Assembly: GCA_963697335.1 (NCBI GenBank)
Contig: CAVONQ010000012.1
Span: forward strand, 1-18,035
DNA from: an uncultured cyanobacterium
GTDB lineage: Bacteria; Cyanobacteriota; Cyanobacteriia; PCC-6307; Cyanobiaceae
Length of the DNA stretch: 18,035 nt
Direction of reading: 5' to 3'
The position numbers and the translations under genes are program-made. The stretch's first letter is position 1; each line of letters starts with the position of its first letter. A model generated the notes under the pieces. The model was given only the letters and a program-made list of their open reading frames with translations. It made no database searches and was not told the origin of the DNA. Shown in pieces: positions 1 through 11,677 of the stretch.

Positions 1-19
1 AATCTCCCAGGGCTGAGCC

Positions 20-3786
<3,767 letters not shown>

Positions 3787-3814
3787 GGGCAGCCGACTAT
3801 CGGAAGGTCAATTC

Positions 3815-3820
3815 AAGCTA
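3815..3820 (-). promoter_or_regulatory. Putative -10 box (TAGCTT) of the oxoprolinase gene
   Basis: TAnnnT hexamer in an AT-richer spacer, 28 bp upstream of the GTG start at 3786. Confidence 0.4.
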
Positions 3821-3841
3821 ATCAACCTCATCAATCAGGCT

Positions 3842-4381
3842 TCAGTCGAGGCCTGAAGCTGAAGCCAGGGAGGTGATACGGAGCTTGTCCAGCGGCACGC
3901 CCCTGAACCCATACACACCATTCCCAAAGCTTTGCAGATCCTTGTTCGTGAATGTCTTGCCGCCGATGTTGCGCAGGACCACGCGATCCTGCTTGCCCCA
4001 ATTGGCGATCACAAAGTTCTGCATGTGATTGAAAGGGCCATGGGTGCGAGTGGTGTTGCTAAAGACAAAGGTGTCGCGCACATTGTCATTGCCAAAGTTG
4101 ATCACACTTCTTGCGCGCTTGGTGATGGCACCGGCCTGATCACCGAAAACCACCTTGTCCTTATCAAGATTGCCGCGATACGTCCAGCTGGCTGCCATGG
4201 CCCGATTGATCACAACCCTGTTGGTAATGCCATCGCCCTTGCCGCGGTTTCTGATCCTCACCCTGGCCACAACAGGCTGACCAGCCCAGGCGCTATTACC
4301 CGTGAGACTCAGCCTGGACCCGTTCTTGGATGTGCGTTGGCTCATCCAGGAGGGGAGGTTGCGAACATTCCAGTCGCTCAT
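3842..4381 (-). CDS. Hypothetical protein, 179 aa, basic, Gly/Asn/Val-rich; possible degenerate RTX-like beta-roll
   Basis: ATG-to-TGA ORF filling a lower-GC patch with natural-looking composition. It has recurring G-x(2-4)-D-x-V/F-V-F/L units (GNLDKDKVVF, GNDNVRDTFVF, GKQDRVVL). No family recognised. Confidence 0.75.
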   Translation of the reverse strand: MSDWNVRNLPSWMSQRTSKNGSRLSLTGNSAWAGQPVVARVRIRNRGKGDGITNRVVINRAMAASWTYRGNLDKDKVVFGDQAGAITKRARSVINFGNDNVRDTFVFSNTTRTHGPFNHMQNFVIANWGKQDRVVLRNIGGKTFTNKDLQSFGNGVYGFRGVPLDKLRITSLASASGLD

Positions 4382-4702
4382 CGTCAGAAAACATCGGCGC
4401 GACTCACCGTAACAAATGAATGCGTCGGCGAGCGTGGATGCAAGAGGACAGTTGGGGGATCGTCAGTTCAGATGGCCTGACCTGAATTGCGGTCGATGGC
4501 ACAGGTCGCTCCTGAACCGACTTGACAGCTGCGGTAGCAACCAAAAGGCGCAATCCGGCCGGTGTTTTCCTTAACAAGGGCTGGAAACCATGTCCACCCT
4601 TGGCTGGGCCACACATGAAACTGGCAGCTCATTCGGTGACGCCATCAACTCTCCCCTGCCCCCTTGACAGGCGGGCAATGCCAACAGCGTCCGGAGCGTC
4701 CC

Positions 4703-5194
4703 TCAGCGGTAGTTCTCGAACTGGAGCGGCACCTCCACCTCCTGGTCCCTGAGCAGCTGGATCGCCGCCTGGAGATCGTCCTTGCTCTTGGCCGTGATCC
4801 GCAGGCTCTCCCCCTGGATCGCCACGGACACCTTCTTGAGGTTGTCGCGCACCACCTTGCTGAGCTCCTTGGCCAGCTCCTTGCTGAGGCCCTTGCGCAG
4901 CTTCACCTCCTGCTTCACCCGGTTGCCGCCCACGGCCTCAGGGGTCTGGAAGTCGAAGATCTTGAGCGAGAGGTTGCGCTTGGTGGCCTTCTGGCGCAGC
5001 ACGTCCTCCACCGCCTGCAGGGTCATGTCCGTGGCGGTGGTGATGGTGAGGCTGGTCTCCTCCAGGCCGATCTCGGTGGCGGAGTCCTTGAGGTCGTAGC
5101 GCTGGCCCACATCCCGGCGCACCTGGTCGAGGGTGTTCACCAGTTCCTGGCGGTCGAAATCCGAGACCACATCGAAGGAATAGGTGTCAGCCAT
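4703..5194 (-). CDS. yajQ: YajQ family (UPF0234) nucleotide/c-di-GMP-binding protein
   Basis: 163 aa with an SFDVVS...QELVN..DQ..R....RYDLK N-terminus, an IQG..LR....KDDLQ motif and a PLQFENYR C-terminus. Confidence 0.96.
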   Translation of the reverse strand: MADTYSFDVVSDFDRQELVNTLDQVRRDVGQRYDLKDSATEIGLEETSLTITTATDMTLQAVEDVLRQKATKRNLSLKIFDFQTPEAVGGNRVKQEVKLRKGLSKELAKELSKVVRDNLKKVSVAIQGESLRITAKSKDDLQAAIQLLRDQEVEVPLQFENYR

Positions 5195-5223
5195 GGACAG
5201 GGGGAGCGCGCGGTGCCTTCCCT

Positions 5224-5229
5224 AGCCTA
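5224..5229 (-). promoter_or_regulatory. Putative -10 box (TAGGCT) of yajQ
   Basis: TAnnnT hexamer 29 bp upstream of the ATG, in a short spacer. Confidence 0.45.
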
Positions 5230-5262
5230 GAAAACGGGCCAGACCAGGCCCCCTGACCCCGC

Positions 5263-6240
5263 TCAGCGCACGGCCACCAGCACCCGGTGCCTGGGGTCGC
5301 AGGCCTGGCTCCGCACCGCCTGGAAGCCCGCCTCCGCCAGGGCCGCCGGCAGATCGAGGCGGAAGTAGTCCTCCAGGTAGGGCTCGGTGCTCTTGAGCAG
5401 GGTGGCGATCGGGGCGGGCAGACGGCGGATCACCGCCGAGCCCGGGTCCTGGTCGACCAGGGCGATCACCCCCGACGGGCGCAGCAGCCGGGCGGCCTCG
5501 GCCAGTACTGCCCTGGTGGCAGCGGCCGGCAGTTCATGGCACACGAACTGCAGGGTGATCAGATCCAGGCAGGCATCCGGCAGGCCGGTGGCCTCGGCGG
5601 CGGCGTGATGCCAGCCGTGGATCTCCTGGCCGGCATCCCGCACCCTGGCCACGGCCAGCATCTCGGGCGAGAGATCGAGCCCCTGCACACTCACCGGAGC
5701 CTGCTGGCGCTGCTCCAGCCAGTGCTTGAGGGCCAGGGTTCCCACCCCCACCGAGCAACCCAGGTCGAGGGCATCCCGCACCGGACGGCCCTGAAGACTG
5801 GGTTCAATCGCCGCGAAGATCGCCTGCCGCAGGCGTTGCTGGGCCTGGGTTGGCGTGAGGGCTTCATCGGGCCAGACCCGCAGGGCCATGGCATCGGTGG
5901 CCTGCTCGGCCTCACAGGCCGCCTGCCAGCAGAGGTTGCCCTGCTGATAGGCGTGAAAGCGGGCCCGGTAGTAGGCGGGGGTCAGGGTGTGGGGGCTGCG
6001 GCTCGCCTCCAGCAGGGGCTCGGCCTGCCGCTGCAGCTCCTGCCGCCGGGCCCGCCAGGCGATGCCGCGGCCTTCGGCCGTGCGGATGATCAGCTGGCGC
6101 GCCTGCAGGAACATCAGGCGTCGCAGGGGCTCCACCGCCAGCAGCAGGGCGATCAGGCGGCCGAGGGGATGGCGGTTGTCGATCCAGTTGGGTGGCACCG
6201 CCGCTGACGCAGGCGAGGCAACGGGAGCGGAGGATGTCAT
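5263..6240 (-). CDS. Class I SAM-dependent methyltransferase (cyanobacterial type)
   Basis: Contains LDLGCSVG (motif I), GLDLSPEML, DLITLQFVCHELP and RLLRPSG, plus the upstream YY..RFHAY..GNL.W.AA.E segment. I placed the start at ATG 6240 (MTSSAP); the longer ORF to 6297 would crowd the divergent MAPEG gene. Confidence 0.88.
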   Translation of the reverse strand: MTSSAPVASPASAAVPPNWIDNRHPLGRLIALLLAVEPLRRLMFLQARQLIIRTAEGRGIAWRARRQELQRQAEPLLEASRSPHTLTPAYYRARFHAYQQGNLCWQAACEAEQATDAMALRVWPDEALTPTQAQQRLRQAIFAAIEPSLQGRPVRDALDLGCSVGVGTLALKHWLEQRQQAPVSVQGLDLSPEMLAVARVRDAGQEIHGWHHAAAEATGLPDACLDLITLQFVCHELPAAATRAVLAEAARLLRPSGVIALVDQDPGSAVIRRLPAPIATLLKSTEPYLEDYFRLDLPAALAEAGFQAVRSQACDPRHRVLVAVR

Positions 6241-6320
6241 GGGGTGCCGGGGCGCGGCCTGATCCTGGCCCAGGCGGCTGCGATCATGCAGACGCAAGCA
6301 CCATGCGATCCCGGACCACC

Positions 6321-6752
6321 ATGAGCGTCACCGCCGCCGCTGTCCCCCTGGCCTGGTCCCTGGCGCTGGCCGGGGCCGTGGTGGTGCTGAGCACGGTGCC
6401 CCTGGGGGCGGCCCGCTCCCAGGCCGACTTCAGCCTGGACGACCTGCAGGCGCCGCGCGCCATGTTCGAGCGGCTGCCGGCCTGGGGCAAACGGGCCAGC
6501 TGGGCGCATCAAAACAGTTTCGAGGCCTTCACGCTGCATGGCCCCGCCGTGCTGCTCTGCCTGGTGGCGGGGGCCGCGGGGCCGGCGGTGGTGGTGGCAG
6601 CCTGGCTGCATCCGGCCCTGCGGCTGGCTTACCTGGGGGCCTACATCGGCAACCTGCCGCCGCTGCGGGGGCTGTGCTGGGCCGCCGGGGTGGTCTGCAG
6701 CGGCATCCTCTACGTGGCCGGGCTCAGGGCGGTGCTCGCCCTGGCCGGCTGA
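6321..6752 (+). CDS. MAPEG family membrane protein
   Basis: Hydrophobic helices with APRAMFERLPAWGKRASWAHQNSFEAF and RLAY...YI.N...LR. The start could instead be ATG 6303. Confidence 0.9.
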   Translation: MSVTAAAVPLAWSLALAGAVVVLSTVPLGAARSQADFSLDDLQAPRAMFERLPAWGKRASWAHQNSFEAFTLHGPAVLLCLVAGAAGPAVVVAAWLHPALRLAYLGAYIGNLPPLRGLCWAAGVVCSGILYVAGLRAVLALAG

Positions 6753-6772
6753 TGGGGATCCACTGATCAGGA

Positions 6773-7285
6773 TCAGTCGAAGTAGAGCAGGCTCACCACC
6801 TTGCCCATGTCCTCGGCCACCCGCACGCTGGCCAGCAGCGTCTCGCTGTCGTGGAAGGCGTAGCAGATCAGCTGGTCACAGCGGGTGATGATGTCCTGAT
6901 TGCAGAGGCTGCTGGCCATCGGCAGGGGAAGCTCGTCGTGCTCCGGCTTCTCGATCAGATGCAGCACCCGTTCAAGCTGATCGCGCGACTCACTGGGCTG
7001 GCGTTCCAGGCTCTGGGGCAGCAGCACGGTGAGCCGGGAGGGATCGATTTCCAGAACGCTGCGAATCACCGCGGCATTCACCCCCTGGGCCCCGGAGGTG
7101 ATCAGGTTGTGGCCCTCCTGGGCCAGGGAGCGCGCCATCACTTCCACCAGGTGGATCGACACCACCGGCACATGGCGGCTGCCCAGGATGGCGATCCTGC
7201 GCTTGCTGGTGTCCTGGAGCATCGCCAGCTCCTGAGCCAGGGTGTCGATCCGTTCGATGGAGGGAAAATCCAGGGATCGGGTCAC
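6773..7285 (-). CDS. Short DprA/Smf-like (SLOG superfamily) protein, cyanobacterial conserved type
   Basis: RRIAILGSR, LITSGAQGVNAAVIR, VLLPQSL and ICYAFHDSETL motifs of the DprA/SLOG Rossmann fold. At 170 aa it lacks the extra domains of true DprA. GTG start. Confidence 0.85.
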   Translation of the reverse strand: MTRSLDFPSIERIDTLAQELAMLQDTSKRRIAILGSRHVPVVSIHLVEVMARSLAQEGHNLITSGAQGVNAAVIRSVLEIDPSRLTVLLPQSLERQPSESRDQLERVLHLIEKPEHDELPLPMASSLCNQDIITRCDQLICYAFHDSETLLASVRVAEDMGKVVSLLYFD

Positions 7286-7309
7286 CGCAAGATCGCAGGC
7301 TGCGCCATG

Positions 7310-7315
7310 AAACTA
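7310..7315 (-). promoter_or_regulatory. Putative -10 box (TAGTTT) of the DprA-like gene
   Basis: TAnnnT hexamer in the 36-bp spacer, 24 bp upstream of the start. Confidence 0.4.
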
Positions 7316-7321
7316 GCAGCG

Positions 7322-8419
7322 TTATTGGGCCAATGCGGGCAACCGTAGGCGAGTGAAAAGACGCTCGAAATCGAAGTGTTCCTCCACCAGGCGCACCGCA
7401 TAGGTGGCCTTGACCGCCTCGTGCAGCCGCACGTGCCCGAAGGCCCGCTCGATCACCTCCACCGTGGTGAGGGTGTCGTGTTCCACCTTGAGCAGCGGCA
7501 CGTCCAGCTCCTCGGCGCGGGTGAGCAGCTGCGGCAGCGGCTCCCCCGCCCCGGTGAGGATCAGGCACTGGGTGGAGGCCTCCAGGGCCGCCAGCTGGAT
7601 GTCGGTGCGGTCGGCGCCGGTCACCACGGCCATGTTGCGGCGGCGGCGGAAGAACTCCATGGCCGAATTCACGTTCATGGCCCCGATCGAGAGGGTCTCC
7701 ACCAGCAGATCGAGACGGTCGCGGCAGCAGAGCACCTGGGCGCCGAGGCGACGGGCCAGCTCCTCCACGGTGACGCTGCGCAGCAGCGGACTGCGGGGCA
7801 TCACCGCCAGCACCGGCAGGCCCAGCTGCTCCAGGGCGGGCACGATGTCCTGGCCGAGCTGGGGCACCATGGCGGGGTCCACGGCATTCAGCACCACCCC
7901 CACCAGATGGTCGCCGAGGCGGGCCTTGGCCTCGAGCAGGGAATCCACACTGCGGCTGTCGATCCAGGGCTGCACCAAGAGCACCGGAGCATCCAGGCCC
8001 TGGGCCAGCTGGGGCAGGCTGAGCCCGTAGAGCAGGCCTTCATGCAGGGTGCCGGCGGCCTCCAGCAGGGCGACGCCGTCGAAGTCCTGAGCCAGCCGTT
8101 GCTTCAGCTGGGCAAAGCCCTGGCCCGGGTCCAGATCCGCCGCCAGCAGTCGCTGGCGCGCCACGGCGGGCTCCAGGGCATCCAGGGAGGGAATCAGCTG
8201 GTGCGCCTCCAGGCCGAGGGTGGCCCCCACAAAGCGCACATCCGCGTCCAGCAGGGGTTCACCGGCGGGGGGGAGGTCCTCACCCTCCAGGGTGGTGGCC
8301 AGGGGCTTGCCGAAGTGCACCCCCAGGCCCTGGCGGCGCAGGCGCCGAGCCAGACCGAGCACCACCGCGGATTTTCCACTGAACGGTTCGCAGGAGCCGA
8401 TCAGCAAGGTGGGGGCCAT
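7322..8419 (-). CDS. Phosphotransacetylase-family protein (BioD-like P-loop domain + DRTGG domain; no Pta catalytic domain)
   Basis: LLIGSCEPFSGKS Walker A-like motif and FGKP; DRTGG-domain motifs IGAMNV and VVTGADRTDIQLAAL...CLILTG; 365 aa. Confidence 0.92.
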   Translation of the reverse strand: MAPTLLIGSCEPFSGKSAVVLGLARRLRRQGLGVHFGKPLATTLEGEDLPPAGEPLLDADVRFVGATLGLEAHQLIPSLDALEPAVARQRLLAADLDPGQGFAQLKQRLAQDFDGVALLEAAGTLHEGLLYGLSLPQLAQGLDAPVLLVQPWIDSRSVDSLLEAKARLGDHLVGVVLNAVDPAMVPQLGQDIVPALEQLGLPVLAVMPRSPLLRSVTVEELARRLGAQVLCCRDRLDLLVETLSIGAMNVNSAMEFFRRRRNMAVVTGADRTDIQLAALEASTQCLILTGAGEPLPQLLTRAEELDVPLLKVEHDTLTTVEVIERAFGHVRLHEAVKATYAVRLVEEHFDFERLFTRLRLPALAQ

Positions 8420-8452
8420 AGATCAACCTCGCCGAGGGCTGCCGGTCGCGTC

Positions 8453-8458
8453 AATCTA
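8453..8458 (-). promoter_or_regulatory. Putative -10 box (TAGATT) of the DRTGG-domain gene
   Basis: TAnnnT hexamer 33 bp upstream of the ATG, with GAGG just before the start. Confidence 0.45.
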
Positions 8459-8568
8459 GGGCGGGCCACGGGGCCGAACGCCCCGGCCGCCCAGGCAGCT
8501 GGCCCAGCCCCATACGGTGTGGCCGCGAGCTCCCCTGCAGAGTTCGTCTCCCCCGTGGTGCTGCCCTG

Positions 8569-9321
8569 ATGGCCCCTGCCGCTCCCCGCCCCCAGGCCCC
8601 CACGGTGGCGATCACCGGGGCCAGGGGGGCCCTGGGCCAGGCGCTGCTGCGCCAGTGGCACCGCCGCGGCGCCCGGCTGATCGCCCTCAGCTCGGGGTCG
8701 GCCCCGCTGGACCTGCGCGACAGCGGCGGCCGGCCCATCCAGCTCCAGCAGGTGCTCTGGCAGGTGGGCGAAGAGCAGATGCTGGCTCCCCTGCTCCAGG
8801 AGGTGGATGTGCTGGTGCTCAACCACGGCATCAACGTGCACGGCTGCCGCTCCGAGCAGGCGGTGGCCAGCTCCCTGGAGGTGAATGCCCTCAGCAGCTG
8901 GCGCCTGCTGGAGCTGTTTGCCGCGGCGACGGCCGAGCGGGAGCAGGGTGGCGGCGCCGCGGATCGCCCGCGGCCGGAGGTGTGGGTCAACACCTCGGAG
9001 GCCGAAGTGCAGCCGGCCCTGAGCCCGCTCTATGAGATCAGCAAACGCCTGATGGGCCAGCTGCTGAGCCTGCGGGCCCTGGAGCTGGGCGACCAGCTGC
9101 GGCTGCGACGCCTGGTGCTGGGCCCCTTCCGCTCCGCCCTCAACCCGATCGGGGTGATGGCGCCGGATCTGGTGGCCGCCCTGGTGCTGCGCCAGGCCGA
9201 GCTGAACTGGGGACTGATCATCGTGACCCCCAACCCCCTCACCTACGTGACGATGCCGCTCTCGGCCCTGGGCCGCTGGCTCTACTTCCGGGCCTTCACC
9301 CGCCCTCAGGCCAGCGGCTGA
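8569..9321 (+). CDS. SDR family NAD(P)-dependent oxidoreductase
   Basis: TGARGALG Rossmann motif, DVLVLNHGIN, VWVNTSEAEV and catalytic YEISK (YxxxK); LGPFRS.LNPIGVM is typical of this cyanobacterial SDR. Confidence 0.92.
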   Translation: MAPAAPRPQAPTVAITGARGALGQALLRQWHRRGARLIALSSGSAPLDLRDSGGRPIQLQQVLWQVGEEQMLAPLLQEVDVLVLNHGINVHGCRSEQAVASSLEVNALSSWRLLELFAAATAEREQGGGAADRPRPEVWVNTSEAEVQPALSPLYEISKRLMGQLLSLRALELGDQLRLRRLVLGPFRSALNPIGVMAPDLVAALVLRQAELNWGLIIVTPNPLTYVTMPLSALGRWLYFRAFTRPQASG

Positions 9322-9324
9322 GGC

Positions 9325-10182
9325 TCAGAAGTCGCGGTCGGTGAGGATCTCGCAGCCGTCGGAGCTCACCACGATCGTGTGCTCCCACTGGGCCGAGAGG
9401 CTGCCGTCCACGGTCACCACGGTCCAGCGGTCCTTGAGGGTGCGGCAGGCCTTGCTGCCGGCGTTGAGGATCGGCTCCACCGCCAGGGTCATGCCGGCCC
9501 GCAGGGTCATGTTGGGCAGATCGCGGGTGCGGAAATTGAACACCGAGGGCTCCTCGTGCAGGTTGCGGCCCACGCCATGGCCGGTGTAGTCCTCCACCAC
9601 CGCGTAGCCATGGGCCTCCACGTGGTCCTGCACGGCGCCGGCGATGTCAAGCAGGGTGTTGCCCGCCTTGATGCGGGCGAGGCCCTGCATCAGGGACTCC
9701 TGGGCCACCCGCGCGAGGCGCCGGGCCGGTTCGGGGGTCTCCTCGCCCACGCAGATGGTGACGCAGCTGTCCCCGTGGTAGCCCTCGAAGTAGGCACCGG
9801 TGTCCACCTTGAGCAGGTCGCCGGCCTTGATCACCCGCTTGGCGCTGGGGATGCCGTGGACCACCTCGTTGTCGATCGAGGCGCAGATGCTGGCCGGAAA
9901 GCCGTGGTAGCCCTTGAAGCTGGGCACGGCGCCCATGGCCCTGATGCGGCTCTCGGCATGGGCATCGAGATCACCGGTGGTCATGCCGGGAGCAGCCATC
10001 GCCATGATCTCGCGCAGCACGGTGGCCACGATGCGGCTGGCCTTGCGCATGGTGGCGATTTCCCGCGCCGATTTCACCTCCACGCCGCGGCGGCTCTTCT
10101 GGATGCGCGGCCCGGCCTGCACCAGGGGCGACGGGGCGGTGGTGGCGCGGGTGCTGGCCAGCAGATCGGCAAACAGGTTCAT
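9325..10182 (-). CDS. map: Type I methionyl aminopeptidase
   Basis: [50 protein letters not shown] and AQWEHT. Start placed at MNLFADLL (ATG 10182). Confidence 0.97.
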   Translation of the reverse strand: MNLFADLLASTRATTAPSPLVQAGPRIQKSRRGVEVKSAREIATMRKASRIVATVLREIMAMAAPGMTTGDLDAHAESRIRAMGAVPSFKGYHGFPASICASIDNEVVHGIPSAKRVIKAGDLLKVDTGAYFEGYHGDSCVTICVGEETPEPARRLARVAQESLMQGLARIKAGNTLLDIAGAVQDHVEAHGYAVVEDYTGHGVGRNLHEEPSVFNFRTRDLPNMTLRAGMTLAVEPILNAGSKACRTLKDRWTVVTVDGSLSAQWEHTIVVSSDGCEILTDRDF

Positions 10183-10346
10183 TCGGATCGGCGGAGGCGG
10201 GCACGATGGGTGCTGATTCTGGCGGACCCGAGACTCCAAAGAGTGCCGACCCCATCCGCAGCAACAGTTCCATGATGGGTCCGTTGCCGGCAGACCTGCG
10301 GCCCACCGTCCAGCCAGCCCCCAAGCGCCCTACGCACCGGTTCAGC

Positions 10347-10682
10347 GTGACACCGTCCCAGCCCAGGCCCCCAGCGCCGCTGCTGCTGCGCCTGCGCCAG
10401 GCCCATGCCGCCGTGGCGCCGCTGGTGCTGCTGCCCCTGCTGCTCACGGTGTGCACAGGGGTGTCCTACCGGCTGCTGCGCGACTGGGGCGGCCTGGGCC
10501 GCGACCAGGCCCACGTGCTGATGCTGTTGCACGAGGGGGAATGGCTGAAGCAGTGGTTCGGGCCCAATGGCGAGACCCTCTATGTGCTCCTCAACGGCCT
10601 GGGGCTGCTGTGGATGCTGCTGAGCGGGGGCGCCCTGGCCGTGCAGCGGCTGCAGCGTCAGCTGAACCCCAGGAGGGGGTGA
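10347..10682 (+). CDS. Small membrane protein, PepSY-associated TM type
   Basis: R..H...[22 protein letters not shown] and [15 protein letters not shown]. Start uncertain: GTG 10347, or ATG 10272/10275. Confidence 0.8.
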   Translation: MTPSQPRPPAPLLLRLRQAHAAVAPLVLLPLLLTVCTGVSYRLLRDWGGLGRDQAHVLMLLHEGEWLKQWFGPNGETLYVLLNGLGLLWMLLSGGALAVQRLQRQLNPRRG

Positions 10683-10693
10683 CCCCCAGCCCG

Positions 10694-10699
10694 TACACT
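10694..10699 (+). promoter_or_regulatory. Putative -10 box (TACACT) of the rplS cluster
   Basis: TAnnnT hexamer 30 bp upstream of the rplS ATG; GGAG Shine-Dalgarno at 10721-10724. Confidence 0.55.
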
Positions 10700-10729
10700 G
10701 GTGGTTTGGCCAGGCGACGCGGAGTTGAG

Positions 10730-11218
10730 ATGGCGGTTGAGGACACCAAGGACCAGCAGATCCAGGACGGAACCAGTCAGGAGGGAGACACCGTGACAGC
10801 AGAGGCACCGGTGGCGGCAGAGGCAGCACCCGAAGCAGCACCCCAGGTCAGCACGGGCAAGCTCAGTGCCTATGCGCTGATGCAGGCCTTCGAGAACGAG
10901 CAGCTCAAGAGCGACCTGCCCGAGATCTACGTGGGCGACACCGTCAAGGTGGGCGTGCGGATCCGCGAGGGCAACAAGGAGCGGGTTCAGCCCTACGAGG
11001 GCGTGGTGATCGCCAAGCGCCACGGCGGCCTGCACGCCACAATCACGGTGCGGCGGATCTTCCAGGGCGTGGGCGTGGAGCGGATCTTCCTGCTGCACAG
11101 CCCCCAGGTGGCTTCCGTCAGCGTGGAGCGACGCGGTAAGGTGCGCCGGGCGAAGCTGTTCTACCTGCGCGATCGGGTGGGGAAAGCCACCAGGGTCAAG
11201 CAACGCTTCGACCGCTGA
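10730..11218 (+). CDS. rplS: 50S ribosomal protein L19 with acidic/Ala-rich N-terminal extension
   Basis: [41 protein letters not shown] and [18 protein letters not shown] precedes ATG 10730. Confidence 0.98.
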   Translation: MAVEDTKDQQIQDGTSQEGDTVTAEAPVAAEAAPEAAPQVSTGKLSAYALMQAFENEQLKSDLPEIYVGDTVKVGVRIREGNKERVQPYEGVVIAKRHGGLHATITVRRIFQGVGVERIFLLHSPQVASVSVERRGKVRRAKLFYLRDRVGKATRVKQRFDR

Positions 11219-11280
11219 AGGATCCTCCGCAAGGAGGTTCCGGTCGGTTTCGTCAATGTCTCACCGGGGACATCGGCCCT

Positions 11281-11353
11281 GCGCCGTTAGTTCAGTTGGT
11301 AGAACGCAGGTCTCCAAAACCTGATGTCGGGGGTTCAAGTCCTCCACGGCGCG
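11281..11353 (+). tRNA. trnW: tRNA-Trp (CCA)
   Basis: Acceptor stem GCGCCGT/ACGGCGC, D-arm GTTC-AGTTGGTA-GAAC, anticodon arm CAGGT-CTCCAAA-ACCTG, T-loop GGTTCAAGTCC, discriminator G. The 3' CCA is not encoded. Confidence 0.98.
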
Positions 11354-11389
11354 TTCGATGTCCCCACCTGCTGTTTCATGGTTCCGGAC

Positions 11390-11578
11390 ATGGAGTTGGA
11401 TCTACAACCCGGTGATGTGGTCAAGGTGCTCGAGTCTGCCGCTCTGGGCTGGGTTCGGGCTCGGGTGATCCGGGTGAAATCCGGAGGCCGGGTGGTTGTA
11501 CAGAGTGACCAGGGTCGGGAATTCACGGCCCGGGGCAATCAGGTGCGCCTGATCGAGCCCGCCGGCTTTCGTCCCTGA
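11390..11578 (+). CDS. hcp: Prochlorococcus/Synechococcus hyper-conserved protein (PSHCP/Hcp), 62 aa, Tudor-like
   Basis: MELDLQPGDVVKVLESAALGWVRARVIRVKSGGRVVVQSDQGREFTARGNQVRLIEPAGFRP matches PSHCP as I recall it, in its known position between rplS/tRNA-Trp and tRNA-Asp/gltX. An alternative in-frame ATG lies at 11378. Confidence 0.95.
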   Translation: MELDLQPGDVVKVLESAALGWVRARVIRVKSGGRVVVQSDQGREFTARGNQVRLIEPAGFRP

Positions 11579-11613
11579 ACAGCCCCCTGCGGCCCATCAC
11601 CACGGGCCAGAGC

Positions 11614-11667
11614 ATCGCTGGAGCCCGCTACGGGCTCCCCTCAATGGTTGACGATGGGGCCAGCGAT
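11614..11667 (+). other. Predicted structured RNA element (three-way junction)
   Basis: ATCGCTGG/CCAGCGAT encloses the hairpins AGCCCG-CTA-CGGGCT and CCCCTCAA-TGG-TTGA(CGAT)GGGG. Confidence 0.4.
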
Positions 11668-11677
11668 CACAGATACT
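11648..11677 (+). promoter_or_regulatory. Possible sigma70 promoter for tRNA-Asp/gltX
   Basis: TTGACG (11648-11653), 18-bp spacer, GATACT (11672-11677). Confidence 0.35.

Noticed and set aside
3838..3866. GCTTCAG/CTGAAGC inverted repeat over the orphan gene stop
   Set aside because: Short stem without a U-tract, so it is not supportable as a terminator.
4409..4423. NtcA-like site GTAACAAATGAATGC
   Set aside because: Only one good half-site; it does not fit GTA-N8-TAC.
3932..4480. 182-aa plus-strand ORF in the lower-GC islet
   Set aside because: In-register antisense to the 179-aa ORF, non-ATG start, and an H/A/V/I-rich composition typical of a shadow frame.
11324..11389. N-terminal extension of PSHCP to 84 aa
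   Set aside because: The start lies inside tRNA-Trp. The same applies to the gltX ORF start at 11843 inside tRNA-Asp.
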